From Candidatus Undinarchaeota archaeon (lineage in GTDB: Archaea > Undinarchaeota > Undinarchaeia > Undinarchaeales > JALTGF01): DNA of 64,000 bases. Shown piece after piece: positions 9,113 through 17,964 of the stretch. The notes below the pieces were generated by a model. That model saw only the letters and a list, made by a program, of their open reading frames with translations. It was not told the origin of the DNA and made no database searches. The position numbers were made by a program, and so were the translations under genes. How positions within the stretch are numbered: position 1 is the first letter of the stretch; each line of letters begins with the position of its first letter. The stretch spans positions 547 to 64,546 of the forward strand of contig CAZNLD010000004.1 of NCBI GenBank assembly GCA_964574035.1, read 5' to 3'.

Positions 9113-9430
9113 TTATTCTCTATCTATATCTGCATGGGGAGTTTCAATAATTCCTTTCTTTCCGATGACAACTTTATCTATACTATGAACAACTGCCCCG
9201 TGATCTTCAATTGCTTTTCTGACTTCGTCAAAATCAATGTTCTTTCCTTCCAAAATTACTTTCAGAGACTCCGTTTTTTCATCAATTGCATAGACAGTTA
9301 TATTTGCATTGTTTATGGACTTCTCTTTGCAGATAACTTTTCCAAATTCAACAATGTTCGGCTTGTGCGGTTTGAGAACATCTACTACGACTACGCTTAC
9401 CGGATATTTATTTTTCTTCTTCTTTGCCAT
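9113..9430 (-). CDS. DUF211 (COG1888) protein
   Basis: VVVVDVLKPHKPNIVEFG… plus ferredoxin-like remainder, matching the DUF211 pattern. Lies 5 nt upstream of the VIT-like gene. Confidence 0.6.
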   Translation of the reverse strand: MAKKKKNKYPVSVVVVDVLKPHKPNIVEFGKVICKEKSINNANITVYAIDEKTESLKVILEGKNIDFDEVRKAIEDHGAVVHSIDKVVIGKKGIIETPHADIDRE

Positions 9431-9474
9431 GAAGTGAAATAAAATTCTTGAGCTTATATATGTTTTCTAAAAAA

Positions 9475-10059
9475 TTAACAGGAAAAAACTTCCCTTTCAT
9501 TAAACATTGAATCTGCTTTCTCATAAATTTCATAATTTTCGCATCCAGAATTTAAGCAGGATTCAACATACCAAAAATCATCTGAAGTAGGATCTACCTG
9601 AATCCACCTGTTTTTCAAATGAACTGCCGTCCATGCATGTCCATCTCCTTCAACTACATACGATTCAATACCTATACTTCTTAAAAGAGAAACCAAAAGA
9701 ACAGACTGGTCGGCGCAGTCTCCGGAACTGCTGTTCAAAATTTCTTCAGAATTCCTCCAGTTTGAAAAAAGCTCGTAATCGTAATTTTTAGAAACATATT
9801 CATACAAAAGCATTGTTTTTTCCAAGTTAATTTCTCCTTCTTTGCTCTCTTTAAATGCAGTTGAACTTATCACAGGAGTTATTTTTACCTGATACTTTTT
9901 TGGAGAGCTGGAATCGGGCATACTGCATACTTTGAAATCGCTTTCTCTGCTTTCATAAATAGCCATATCAGTCGGCGAAGATGCAGAAGCTTCTGCAATC
10001 TTAAAACTTGAAAATACTGCCAATGCCAGCAGGATTAAAATTAATATTTTTCTTTTCAT
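9475..10059 (-). CDS. Secreted transglutaminase-like cysteine protease-fold protein
   Basis: Signal peptide MKRKILILILLALAVFSS. Catalytic-type segment SGDCADQSVLLVSLLRSIGIESYVV…GHAWTAV…VDPT (Cys-His-Asp arrangement). Confidence 0.7.
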   Translation of the reverse strand: MKRKILILILLALAVFSSFKIAEASASSPTDMAIYESRESDFKVCSMPDSSSPKKYQVKITPVISSTAFKESKEGEINLEKTMLLYEYVSKNYDYELFSNWRNSEEILNSSSGDCADQSVLLVSLLRSIGIESYVVEGDGHAWTAVHLKNRWIQVDPTSDDFWYVESCLNSGCENYEIYEKADSMFNEREVFSC

Positions 10060-10075
10060 TCCACTAAATTTGGTC

Positions 10076-10099
10076 TTTTGGATTGCTTATAAGGGTTTC
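10076..10099. repeat. 24-nt exact direct repeat, copy 1 (ttttggattgcttataagggtttc)
   Basis: Identical 24-mer at 11083..11106. Similarity extends to about 30 nt with one extra T and one mismatch. Its reverse complement contains cttataag, a TATA-like palindrome about 30 nt upstream of the ATG at 10059. Confidence 0.9.
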
Positions 10100-10119
10100 C
10101 ATAAAAAGAGATAAATGCC

Positions 10120-10980
10120 CTAAGCAAGAACTCTCTCCAGCGTACTTTCAGCCAAAATATGTTTCAGTTGTTTAATAAGAAATTCTTCTTTAGAACCTTT
10201 TAATTTGCTGAGTAATTTTTTCAATGTTTTAATTTTGTCTTTGGATAATTCTAATTTTTCTTTAGAAAGCTCCTTCTTGCCTCTTGTCAGATATTTTTCT
10301 AAAGTAAGAGATAAAGCAAACTTAGCTCCTTCCTTTCGGTTATAATACCACTTTACTAGCAGTGGAAGGTATTCTTCTGCTTTCGCAGGGTCAATCTTTA
10401 GAATGGCCATAAAAGCAACGGGTGTATTATTTCTTTTTTCAATAACATTTAACCAGAATTTCAAATCATTGTTTTTGATAACATCCATAAATGACCAAAG
10501 ACATTTAACCGTATAAGCTTCCAACTCCTCGTTTAAACCCATTAATTTTTTATTTTTATACAGCCTTTTAATATTTGATATAATTTCTCCAGCCTTTTCT
10601 TTTTTAAAACTTCCCCTCATACCAGTTATGCTAATCAAAAGCTCTTTAATATATTCGACCCCCCAATCCTTTAAATCTAATTCATCAAGGTTGTTTACTG
10701 TTTCTTCAAGTATGTCCGCCAGAGAATTTACATATCTTTTTTCAAATTCTTTTTCGTCTGATTTCGCTATTGCTTTGTATATTATCGCCAATGTTGTTGA
10801 AGGATGTACCTCTTGTCCGACGGTGCCGTATATTACAGTTTTATAATCTATTACCTCTTCAAGTTCTTTCTTTTCATCATTCGGAATATCTATTTCCAGA
10901 TCACTTAATGCCAGTTTAAATAAAGTAGTTAATTGTTGTTTATTTAATTCTTTAAGTGTCTTTTTTACTGTCATACCCAC
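10120..10980 (-). CDS. Hypothetical all-helical protein
   Basis: 286-aa ORF with no recognised motif. Bracketed by the 24-nt direct repeats. Confidence 0.5.
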   Translation of the reverse strand: MGMTVKKTLKELNKQQLTTLFKLALSDLEIDIPNDEKKELEEVIDYKTVIYGTVGQEVHPSTTLAIIYKAIAKSDEKEFEKRYVNSLADILEETVNNLDELDLKDWGVEYIKELLISITGMRGSFKKEKAGEIISNIKRLYKNKKLMGLNEELEAYTVKCLWSFMDVIKNNDLKFWLNVIEKRNNTPVAFMAILKIDPAKAEEYLPLLVKWYYNRKEGAKFALSLTLEKYLTRGKKELSKEKLELSKDKIKTLKKLLSKLKGSKEEFLIKQLKHILAESTLERVLA

Positions 10981-11013
10981 CTCATGATTAAAGTTTTATT
11001 AATAGTTTCTTAT

Positions 11014-11080
11014 GACAGAAAACGAAGACATAGAAAGAGGGAAAATCGCTGAAAAGAAAATTTTCCAGGATTATTTGAGT
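11014..11080 (+). pseudogene. Degenerate duplicate of the 3' end of the RHH gene (remnant)
   Basis: 11022..11036 acgaagacatagaaa is identical to 11403..11417. The flanks align at roughly 70 percent (…ENEDIERGKIAEKKIF… versus TDEDIEKGEKIAEKIIFGD*). No upstream coding part remains. Confidence 0.45.
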
Positions 11081-11082
11081 CT

Positions 11083-11106
11083 TTTTGGATTGCTTATAAG
11101 GGTTTC
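11083..11106. repeat. 24-nt exact direct repeat, copy 2
   Basis: ttttggattgcttataagggtttc, identical to 10076..10099. Confidence 0.9.
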
Positions 11107-11194
11107 TATATTCAAATATGCAAGAGCAGAGTTTACAGGGGAGCTGGAGAGGAAGGAGCAATCTTTATATATCATTTCTATATACAATTGATAC

Positions 11195-11458
11195 ATGACA
11201 AACAAAATGGTCCACCTGAGAATGCCGAAAGAACTTGTTAAAGAAATCGACTCAGCTGTAGAAAGCGGAATGTATTCAACAAGGTCTGAATTCTTGAAAG
11301 ATTCTGCCAGAGAAAAAGTAAAGGAGTTTAACCTTGAACAGGCAGTAAAAAGACTAGAAGAAGGACGAGGATACTTTAAGAAAATAGGAAAAAAAGTGAC
11401 TGACGAAGACATAGAAAAAGGGGAAAAAATAGCCGAAAAAATAATATTTGGAGATTAA
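11195..11458 (+). CDS. Ribbon-helix-helix (CopG/antitoxin-like) DNA-binding protein
   Basis: MVHLRMPKELVKEIDSAVESGMYSTRSEFLKDSAREKV is a classic RHH N-terminus. The start may be M5 at 11207. Confidence 0.75.
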   Translation: MTNKMVHLRMPKELVKEIDSAVESGMYSTRSEFLKDSAREKVKEFNLEQAVKRLEEGRGYFKKIGKKVTDEDIEKGEKIAEKIIFGD

Positions 11459-11877
11459 ATGAGATCTTCCGGCTTACGAACTGTTACTAGGTCATCAACC
11501 AAATAGTGATGCTTATCTCTGCTGACAAGAATAGCATCATTGTCTCTTGCTAAAATTGCATGAAGAGCATCTCCTTTTGGTACTTGACTTTCCAATGAAA
11601 TCTTTTTTGCCTCTTGTTTTTGTTGTTCACTAATCGGTATACGTAAAAGTTTGTCTGCGGATAGTAAATCTGACATTAAGTCTATTTCAAATAAATCATA
11701 GATTTTACAGCCAGATTTTAACTCTATGCTGTTTTGCTTAGAAAACAATATCAAAAACTTGCAACTCATTGTTTCTTTAAACAGCCGGAATGCAAATTCC
11801 CCTAAAGGCAGTTTATTGTCGCTCCTGTCGCCCCAGTAGTCTGCAAAGATATGAGTGTCAACATATATTTTTTCCAT
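11455..11877 (-). CDS. PIN-domain protein (VapC-like nuclease fold)
   Basis: N-terminal IYVDTHIF (first acidic residue), …DALHAILA…ILVSRDKH near the C-terminus. Convergent with the RHH gene; the stop codons overlap by 4 nt. Confidence 0.65.
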   Translation of the reverse strand: MEKIYVDTHIFADYWGDRSDNKLPLGEFAFRLFKETMSCKFLILFSKQNSIELKSGCKIYDLFEIDLMSDLLSADKLLRIPISEQQKQEAKKISLESQVPKGDALHAILARDNDAILVSRDKHHYLVDDLVTVRKPEDLI

Positions 11878-11881
11878 CTTT

Positions 11882-11918
11882 AAAAAAAATCAAAAGAGCC
11901 GTACCAAAAGCACGGCCC
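11882..11918 (-). terminator. Hairpin plus T-run downstream of the 61-aa ORF
   Basis: Minus-strand reading: gggccgtgcttttggtacggctcttttgatttttttt. Stem GCCGU/ACGGC (11898-11902 / 11912-11916) followed by an oligo-T tract. Confidence 0.35.
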
Positions 11919-11925
11919 TTAATGT

Positions 11926-12111
11926 TTATTCCTCGTCCTTTCCGTTGTTGCTGTTTGGAACTAACAAGAAATTGATTTTACCTTTTGCCGGTATTGGCGA
12001 AGTGTTCAGCTGAATTGAAACTTTGTCGTCTTTCTTCCAGCCGGCGCCAATGTCATTCCATCTTTTATCTCCGACTTTGGTAACTGCTTTGAAATCAGGC
12101 AGATTTCCCAT
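11926..12111 (-). CDS. Small protein resembling the core of DUF736
   Basis: LPDFKAV…IGAGWKKDDKVSIQLNTSPIPAKG resembles the PDF[RK]V…GAAW[RK]K…LSVKLDDPSFP core I recall for DUF736. This rests on memory only. Confidence 0.35.
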   Translation of the reverse strand: MGNLPDFKAVTKVGDKRWNDIGAGWKKDDKVSIQLNTSPIPAKGKINFLLVPNSNNGKDEE

Positions 12112-12192
12112 TTAAATCACCTCAGAAAGAAGGAATATTTTAGACTATATAAGATTAATTTAACTGATGTCGGTTAATAGAGTTAGAAATGA

Positions 12193-13098
12193 CTACTCTT
12201 CAAAAGCCATTCTTTTTGAAAGCTTAGAAATTGCTGATTCAAGTTCGCTTATTTTTTCAGTGTTGTCCACAAATTCAAGCTTTTCCTCGCATTCCGGACA
12301 TTTAAACTCCCAATCTGCAGCCTTTTCAAAAATAGCTCTTACACACTGATTGTTGCATTCATAAAAATGATTTTCTTTTTCATGAGTTAAAAGTTCCTTG
12401 AGCTGGTCAATTTCCCGTTCATAATTTTCTGAAATAACGGAATCAATTCTTTCCGGATGCATCGTCCAGTAATAAGTATACCATCCGGATTTTGACCGGT
12501 GCCTTCTGTACGAAACTATTCCGGCTTCGTATAAAGCGTACAAATACTTTCTTACAATATTCGGCTTCATTTTCGGATCCTTGTCTGAATCTTTGCCTTT
12601 TTTAGAATCCTTTTTACTTTTCTTTTTAGACTTCTTTTCAGACTTGGATTTTTTCTTGGATTTCTTATTTACTTTTTTCTTGACGGCAAGCTTCTCAGTT
12701 AACTCAACATCGCTAATTTCACCTTTAGAAAGATGGTGAACTACATCCATGCCCTCTTCCCCTACAATACTTTTAATAAATGTTTTGTAAAGTTTGTTTT
12801 CTAAAAATTCAGGTTTTTCTGATGAGCCGGATGTATCCTGAGGAGAATATTGTTTTCTTCTGTCCTTTTTAGATTTCTTCTTGGATTTTTTTGATTTACT
12901 TTTTTTAGATTTCTTTTTACTTTTCTTTTTTGACTTTGATTTTTTCCTGGACTTTTTCTTCTGTCTAGTCTTCTTTCTGGAGCTCTTTGATTTTTTAGAA
13001 GTTTTCTTCTTTGAAGACTTAACTTTCTTTCCGGATTTTTTCTTCGTCTTCTTTTTCTTTTTGGATTTTGTCCTTTTTGTTTTTTTCTTCCGGGCCAT
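12193..13098 (-). CDS. tfe: Transcription factor E (TFE/TFIIE-alpha homologue) with Lys/Ser-rich N-terminal extension and wing insertion
   Basis: Winged-helix core …IVRKYLYALYEAGIVSYRRHRSKSGWYTYYWTM… and Zn ribbon YECNNQC…FKCPECEEKL. It is preceded by about 85 aa of KKKSKK-type sequence. A second K/S-rich block interrupts the winged helix in-frame. Confidence 0.75.
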   Translation of the reverse strand: MARKKKTKRTKSKKKKKTKKKSGKKVKSSKKKTSKKSKSSRKKTRQKKKSRKKSKSKKKSKKKSKKSKSKKSKKKSKKDRRKQYSPQDTSGSSEKPEFLENKLYKTFIKSIVGEEGMDVVHHLSKGEISDVELTEKLAVKKKVNKKSKKKSKSEKKSKKKSKKDSKKGKDSDKDPKMKPNIVRKYLYALYEAGIVSYRRHRSKSGWYTYYWTMHPERIDSVISENYEREIDQLKELLTHEKENHFYECNNQCVRAIFEKAADWEFKCPECEEKLEFVDNTEKISELESAISKLSKRMAFEE

Positions 13099-13222
13099 TA
13101 TATCAAAACTCTATAAAGATTTAAACAGAATTTTCTCAAATTCCTATCGTTTCAAATAAGTGAACCCCAACAGATAAATAGTTTTCCATCTACTGCTTTT
13201 CTGTCATTACTCAGTGGTAACA

Positions 13223-14428
13223 CTAACCAATTGCACCAAATAACTGCCATGCGCTTGGACCAACTAAATTAACCAATAATATGAACAAACCAAGGAAAGA
13301 AATCGCATAAACTATGTTCATTGCAAGTTTTTTATTTTTGACAAATTTCTTTACAACCGTTTCAACCATTAATCCGCCGTCCAGTGGCTTGACTGGGAGA
13401 AGATTGATTAAACCGATTGCATAATTCAGAAGAATTGTCCATTTTAAAACATCAAAGATAAACCAAAAAACCGCAGGATGACCGTATTTTACAGGATAGC
13501 ATTCAGGATTAATCAATGTCTGCTTTACAAATATACCTGGGCCCAGTAGTATAAAGAGCTTTGCAAGGTCTTCTCCGGACAGCTGGCTGCAGAATTGTAT
13601 TCCAATGTATGCTCTGCCGTTCTTTTCGGCAGTTTGTACATTATAAGTCCTGCTCTCTGTACCCAGACTAACAGAATCTCCCGGCTCCAAATCCAGTTCA
13701 TTCATTTGAGATGAAAAGTCAATAATGTCATGGACTTCTTTTCCATTAACCTCGTTGATTATAATTCCCTCTTCTAAACCATATGTTTCAGCAGGCATAT
13801 CCTGTTCAACCTTAGTCAATTTGATTCCCTCAAAAGAATTGGTAAAAGCAGGTATGAATATAAAAGAAAGAACAACCAGCATTAGAATTGCCAGCATAAT
13901 ATTTGAAAAAGGACCTGCAGCAAAAATTTTTAATCTCTTAAAAGGTTTTAATTTCTGGATTTCTTTTTCACTTGGATCAACAAAAGCTCCTATTGGGAGA
14001 AAACCTAAAAGTGCAACACCAACTGATTTAATTTTTACATTTTCAACTCTTGCCATTATTCCGTGAGAGAACTCATGTACAAAAACCAAAAGAATTAAAG
14101 CGATGATAGGACCGGCAAAAGGAATTGTTATTCCAGGAAGAGCCAACATAACTCCCTCGCCTGCGTTTGGTGTTTTTGCAATAAATGCTGCATTTGAAAA
14201 CAAGTTCAAGACGATAAATGCCATGAAAAAGAATCCGAAAATCACGCCGGAGCTAAAGAAAATATTCCAAAAAAGTTTGCTGAAATTTGCAAGCCTGTCA
14301 ATGAAGTTTATGAAATGCTTTGTCTTGTAAAGAAGTACTGGTCCCTTTCCTTTTGTATTCCTGAAATAGACATACCCTACAATTATCAGAGCGAGAACGA
14401 CTGCTATTTTTGCGTGAATTGTTATCAT
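13223..14428 (-). CDS. Site-2 protease (M50 family intramembrane metalloprotease) with PDZ domain
   Basis: HEFSHGIMAR (HExxH) in a TM helix, a central PDZ-like segment, and NLLPVKPLDGG (NxxPxxxLDG motif). Confidence 0.85.
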   Translation of the reverse strand: MITIHAKIAVVLALIIVGYVYFRNTKGKGPVLLYKTKHFINFIDRLANFSKLFWNIFFSSGVIFGFFFMAFIVLNLFSNAAFIAKTPNAGEGVMLALPGITIPFAGPIIALILLVFVHEFSHGIMARVENVKIKSVGVALLGFLPIGAFVDPSEKEIQKLKPFKRLKIFAAGPFSNIMLAILMLVVLSFIFIPAFTNSFEGIKLTKVEQDMPAETYGLEEGIIINEVNGKEVHDIIDFSSQMNELDLEPGDSVSLGTESRTYNVQTAEKNGRAYIGIQFCSQLSGEDLAKLFILLGPGIFVKQTLINPECYPVKYGHPAVFWFIFDVLKWTILLNYAIGLINLLPVKPLDGGLMVETVVKKFVKNKKLAMNIVYAISFLGLFILLVNLVGPSAWQLFGAIG

Positions 14429-14480
14429 TTCTTTGTTGATAATATTAGAGGTTATATTAAGGTTATGGAAATTTTAAAAA

Positions 14481-15152
14481 TTAAAAATCAATTTCAACTA
14501 TTTTCAGCGGCTTTCCACCATTGAAATTTTCCTCAAATAATTTAATCTGTCTTTCCAAATTTTTCTGTTTTTTCTTTAATTTATTCAATGTATCCTTTTC
14601 AAAATCCAGATCGTCTGCATTTTCAACACTTTCAATAAATTTTTTGTAGGATTTAGTACTTTTTTTCGACTTGCTTGTTTTCTTTTTCAGCCAGTTAAGT
14701 GCTTCTTTTTTGTTTTTAGTTTTTCTTAACGTGACAGCTGACAGTCTTATGTAAAGTAAAAATATAGAGCCAGTGGAAGATAAAAGATTTCTTAAGGAAT
14801 TATACTGCTGATAATCATTTTTAGATATGGTTTTTTTGTTTATTATTTTATCAATCAGCTTGGACATGTTTGTCAATATTTTAAAATCAAGCTCGCAGAC
14901 TTCTTTAGAAAGGTATTCATCTTTTACGCAGTTCTCTTCTACTTTAAGAAGGTTTCGATAAATGCTCTTTATCCTGTCATTATGTTCTCTTAAATAAGAA
15001 ATTTTAGAGCTGGATATTCTAAGCTGTCTGACATTTGTACTAAGAACGGTTACTACCTTAAAATTCCCCAAAACTTCAAGAAAATCATCCTGTATCTGCT
15101 CCAAAATGCATTCAACTTCTTCTAAACTTGGAAGTTCAACTTTTTTTGCCAT
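14481..15152 (-). CDS. Hypothetical protein, helical with Lys-rich segment
   Basis: 223-aa ORF. No family recognised. Confidence 0.45.
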   Translation of the reverse strand: MAKKVELPSLEEVECILEQIQDDFLEVLGNFKVVTVLSTNVRQLRISSSKISYLREHNDRIKSIYRNLLKVEENCVKDEYLSKEVCELDFKILTNMSKLIDKIINKKTISKNDYQQYNSLRNLLSSTGSIFLLYIRLSAVTLRKTKNKKEALNWLKKKTSKSKKSTKSYKKFIESVENADDLDFEKDTLNKLKKKQKNLERQIKLFEENFNGGKPLKIVEIDF

Positions 15153-15233
15153 GTCAAATAAATGTCTTCAATTAGTTATAAATTTATTCTAAATACCAAG
15201 ATTTATATTAACAACTGCATATAGAAAACCAGT

Positions 15234-16898
15234 ATGACTAAAAAGAGCTTATTCTGGGCGGACCAGATTGCAAGGAAAGTAAAGAAAAGAACTAAGAAAA
15301 ACGACTATTTGAAAAAGATTTCAAAAGAAAAAGGATTCATCTGCCTGGATGAAAAGACGCCTTCAGGACATATACACATCGGCTCCGGGAGGGGCTGGGT
15401 AATTCATGACACTGTAGCAAAGGCAATGCGGGACAATGGAATGGATGCAAAATTCATTTTAAGTGCCGACGATTACGATCCTTTTGACAAGATTCCTTCC
15501 TATTTAGAAGAAAGAAAATATAAAAAATACCTGGGCGTTCCTTTCAGAAACATTCCAAGTCCGAGGCCGGGATACGATAATTATGCAGATTACTACTTTA
15601 AAGAGTGCACTGAAAAATTTGAAAAATTCGGAATTGAAGCAGAACTTCAAAGTACAGGGCAGTGGTATATAGACGGCAGATTCAATGAGGCAATAAAAAT
15701 TGCACTGGATAATGCAGACAAAATTCAGTCTATTTATGAAAGAATTTATGAAGAATCAGTAGGAACTGAAAAACTTCCTTTCAATCCAATCTGCGAGGAA
15801 TGCGGAAAACTTGGAACAACGCTTGCATATGAATGGGATAAAAAAAATGAAATTTTAAAATACAAATGCAAGCATGACCTTGTTGACTGGGCGGAAGGAT
15901 GCGGACATGAAGGAGAAATTTCTCCGTACGACGGAAATGGAAAGCTTCCTTGGAAAGTTGAATGGGCTGCTAAATGGTTTTCAATAGGGGTATCTTATGA
16001 AACTGCAGGTAAAGACCATTTTACAAAAAAAGGCTCAAGAGAAGTTTCAATCGCAATTGCAGATGAAGTTTATGACATAACTCCGCCTTATCCTTCAACC
16101 AGAAAAAAAATTGGAAGAGGATACGAGTTCTTTACATTAGGCGGAAAGAAAATGTCCACTTCAAAAGGAGTTGGAGCAAACTTCGCAGATATTGCGGAAA
16201 AAGTTCCTCCGAAAATGCTCAGATATCTTTTGGTAAGGACAAGACCTAAAGCAGTAATTGATTTTGACCCTGTTGAAACAAACAAACTTCTCCTGCTTTA
16301 CAATAGATATGACCGAACTGAAAGAATTTACTTTGATGCAGAAGAGGATGTAAATGAAAAGGACAAGATGCACGAAAGCAGAATATATGAGCTGGCTCAT
16401 ATAGGAAAGCTCCCGAAAAAACTTCCTCCCCAGGTTCCTTTAGGAGATGCTTCAATGGTCATACAGGCAGTTAATTTTGACAGAAAGAAAGCAGTTGAAA
16501 CACTAAAAAGAATGGAAGCTGTTCCTAAAAAACTTGATAAAAAAGACAAAAAATACCTGAATGAAAGACTGGAATCTGCTGAAAATTGGGTAAAGGAATT
16601 CGCGCCGGAGCAGTATAAATTTGTGATTCAGCCTGAGGTTCCTCCGGAGGCGAAAGCGTTATCTTCAGAGCAGAAACAGGCATTAGCAGAACTTGGAGAT
16701 ATACTTGGAGAAAAGGATTTGAAAAAAGAGGAACTTGAATCTGAAATATTTGATATTGCCAAAAGAACAGTAGGACCAAAAAAATTCTTCCAGGCATCCT
16801 ACAAAGCTTTAATAGGAAAGAGCCACGGACCTAGACTGGCTCCGTTTATCATGAGTCTTGATAAAGAATTTGTTATTAACAGATTGAATCTGGAATAG
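15234..16898 (+). CDS. lysK: Lysyl-tRNA synthetase, class I
   Basis: FWADQIA…EKTPSGHIHIGSGRGWVIHD (HIGH-type region), KMSTSKG (KMSKS), zinc-binding CEECG…CKHD…. Length of 554 aa is typical of class I LysRS. Confidence 0.9.
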   Translation: MTKKSLFWADQIARKVKKRTKKNDYLKKISKEKGFICLDEKTPSGHIHIGSGRGWVIHDTVAKAMRDNGMDAKFILSADDYDPFDKIPSYLEERKYKKYLGVPFRNIPSPRPGYDNYADYYFKECTEKFEKFGIEAELQSTGQWYIDGRFNEAIKIALDNADKIQSIYERIYEESVGTEKLPFNPICEECGKLGTTLAYEWDKKNEILKYKCKHDLVDWAEGCGHEGEISPYDGNGKLPWKVEWAAKWFSIGVSYETAGKDHFTKKGSREVSIAIADEVYDITPPYPSTRKKIGRGYEFFTLGGKKMSTSKGVGANFADIAEKVPPKMLRYLLVRTRPKAVIDFDPVETNKLLLLYNRYDRTERIYFDAEEDVNEKDKMHESRIYELAHIGKLPKKLPPQVPLGDASMVIQAVNFDRKKAVETLKRMEAVPKKLDKKDKKYLNERLESAENWVKEFAPEQYKFVIQPEVPPEAKALSSEQKQALAELGDILGEKDLKKEELESEIFDIAKRTVGPKKFFQASYKALIGKSHGPRLAPFIMSLDKEFVINRLNLE

Positions 16899-16933
16899 AA
16901 AATACATTTAATATTTAAAATCCAATAAAGACC

Positions 16934-17920
16934 ATGGCAATTACAAACTTCCTGACAGAAATAATCCCGCCGGCAGCAAAATACATTCTCTTTCCAATTT
17001 ATATTACTCTTGGATTATACATTGGAATAGTTCTCATTACAAGGAAAAAAGGAATAATTTTGAAAGAAAAATTTCACAAAATATTTATTGCAATAACTCT
17101 TTTCCTGACTTTCGGAGCTACCGCTTTTTTTACAACCCCGTCAAACTACATGCTTCCCTTGGGCGATTTAGCAGTCAAAAACATAATTGGACTAATTGTT
17201 CTTGCAGTTCTTCTTCAATATTTAATTTATATCGGTTCGATTTTTCTTTCTCTTGAACAGACAACGATAAGTTTAGGATTCGGCGCGGGATTAAGAAGAA
17301 GTACTCTTGCTGCCAGCGTCCTGGCTCCAAAGGCTGCAGAAGATGAAAGTTTCAGCTGGACTGCAGGAACGAGTATAATGCTGGCAAATACTGTTGCAGT
17401 TGCTAGAAATTTCTTAATAATGTTAGTCATCGGAGCATACCTGGGTTTTTATCTGCTCCCTCCTGCAACATTTTTAATTCCAATGGGGATAATGTTTTTA
17501 GTTTCAGCTATTTCAACTGCCATTTACTATAAGAAAAGCAATGGTCCTGAAAAAGTTGAATTTGATCCGATTTCAATACAGGGAACGCTTTTATTTGTTT
17601 CCTTTTTTGTGGTAATGTATTATATTGCAAGAGAAATTCTGTCCAAAGGGCTTTTCTCAGCATTCTATCTGCTTGCAGGAGTTTTGGGATTCCTATACGG
17701 AGCGGCCCATATATTAATAATAACAGTCCTTTTCTTCACCCAACATCTTGGACCTGAAGCAGGTTTAATAGGCGCTTTTATAGTTACAGCTGGTTCAATG
17801 GTTTCTGACCTGCCGTATGCCTATTTTTCAGGGGCGGATGAACTAACTAAAATGCTTTTAATTTCAGAAATTGCAACTATTTCAGCAGGATTTATTGCCT
17901 TCTTCTACTTGATTTTTTAA
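16934..17920 (+). CDS. Polytopic membrane protein, unknown function
   Basis: 328 aa, about 8-9 predicted TM helices. No motif recognised. Confidence 0.5.
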   Translation: MAITNFLTEIIPPAAKYILFPIYITLGLYIGIVLITRKKGIILKEKFHKIFIAITLFLTFGATAFFTTPSNYMLPLGDLAVKNIIGLIVLAVLLQYLIYIGSIFLSLEQTTISLGFGAGLRRSTLAASVLAPKAAEDESFSWTAGTSIMLANTVAVARNFLIMLVIGAYLGFYLLPPATFLIPMGIMFLVSAISTAIYYKKSNGPEKVEFDPISIQGTLLFVSFFVVMYYIAREILSKGLFSAFYLLAGVLGFLYGAAHILIITVLFFTQHLGPEAGLIGAFIVTAGSMVSDLPYAYFSGADELTKMLLISEIATISAGFIAFFYLIF

Positions 17921-17964
17921 GAAAAATTTATATAGCTACAAAGCATTTGAAAAATAGGAGACAA

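Noticed and set aside
11071-11412. 113-aa minus-strand ORF.
   Set aside because: It is antisense to the clear RHH gene and spans the repeat/remnant region. No motif is present, and the composition is typical of antisense reading.
12590-13098. Highly repetitive ctttttt/agattt DNA that could be mistaken for a tandem-repeat or CRISPR-like array.
   Set aside because: There is no regular repeat-spacer structure. It is the coding sequence (minus strand) of the Lys/Ser-rich segments of TFE. No CRISPR array was seen anywhere in the window.
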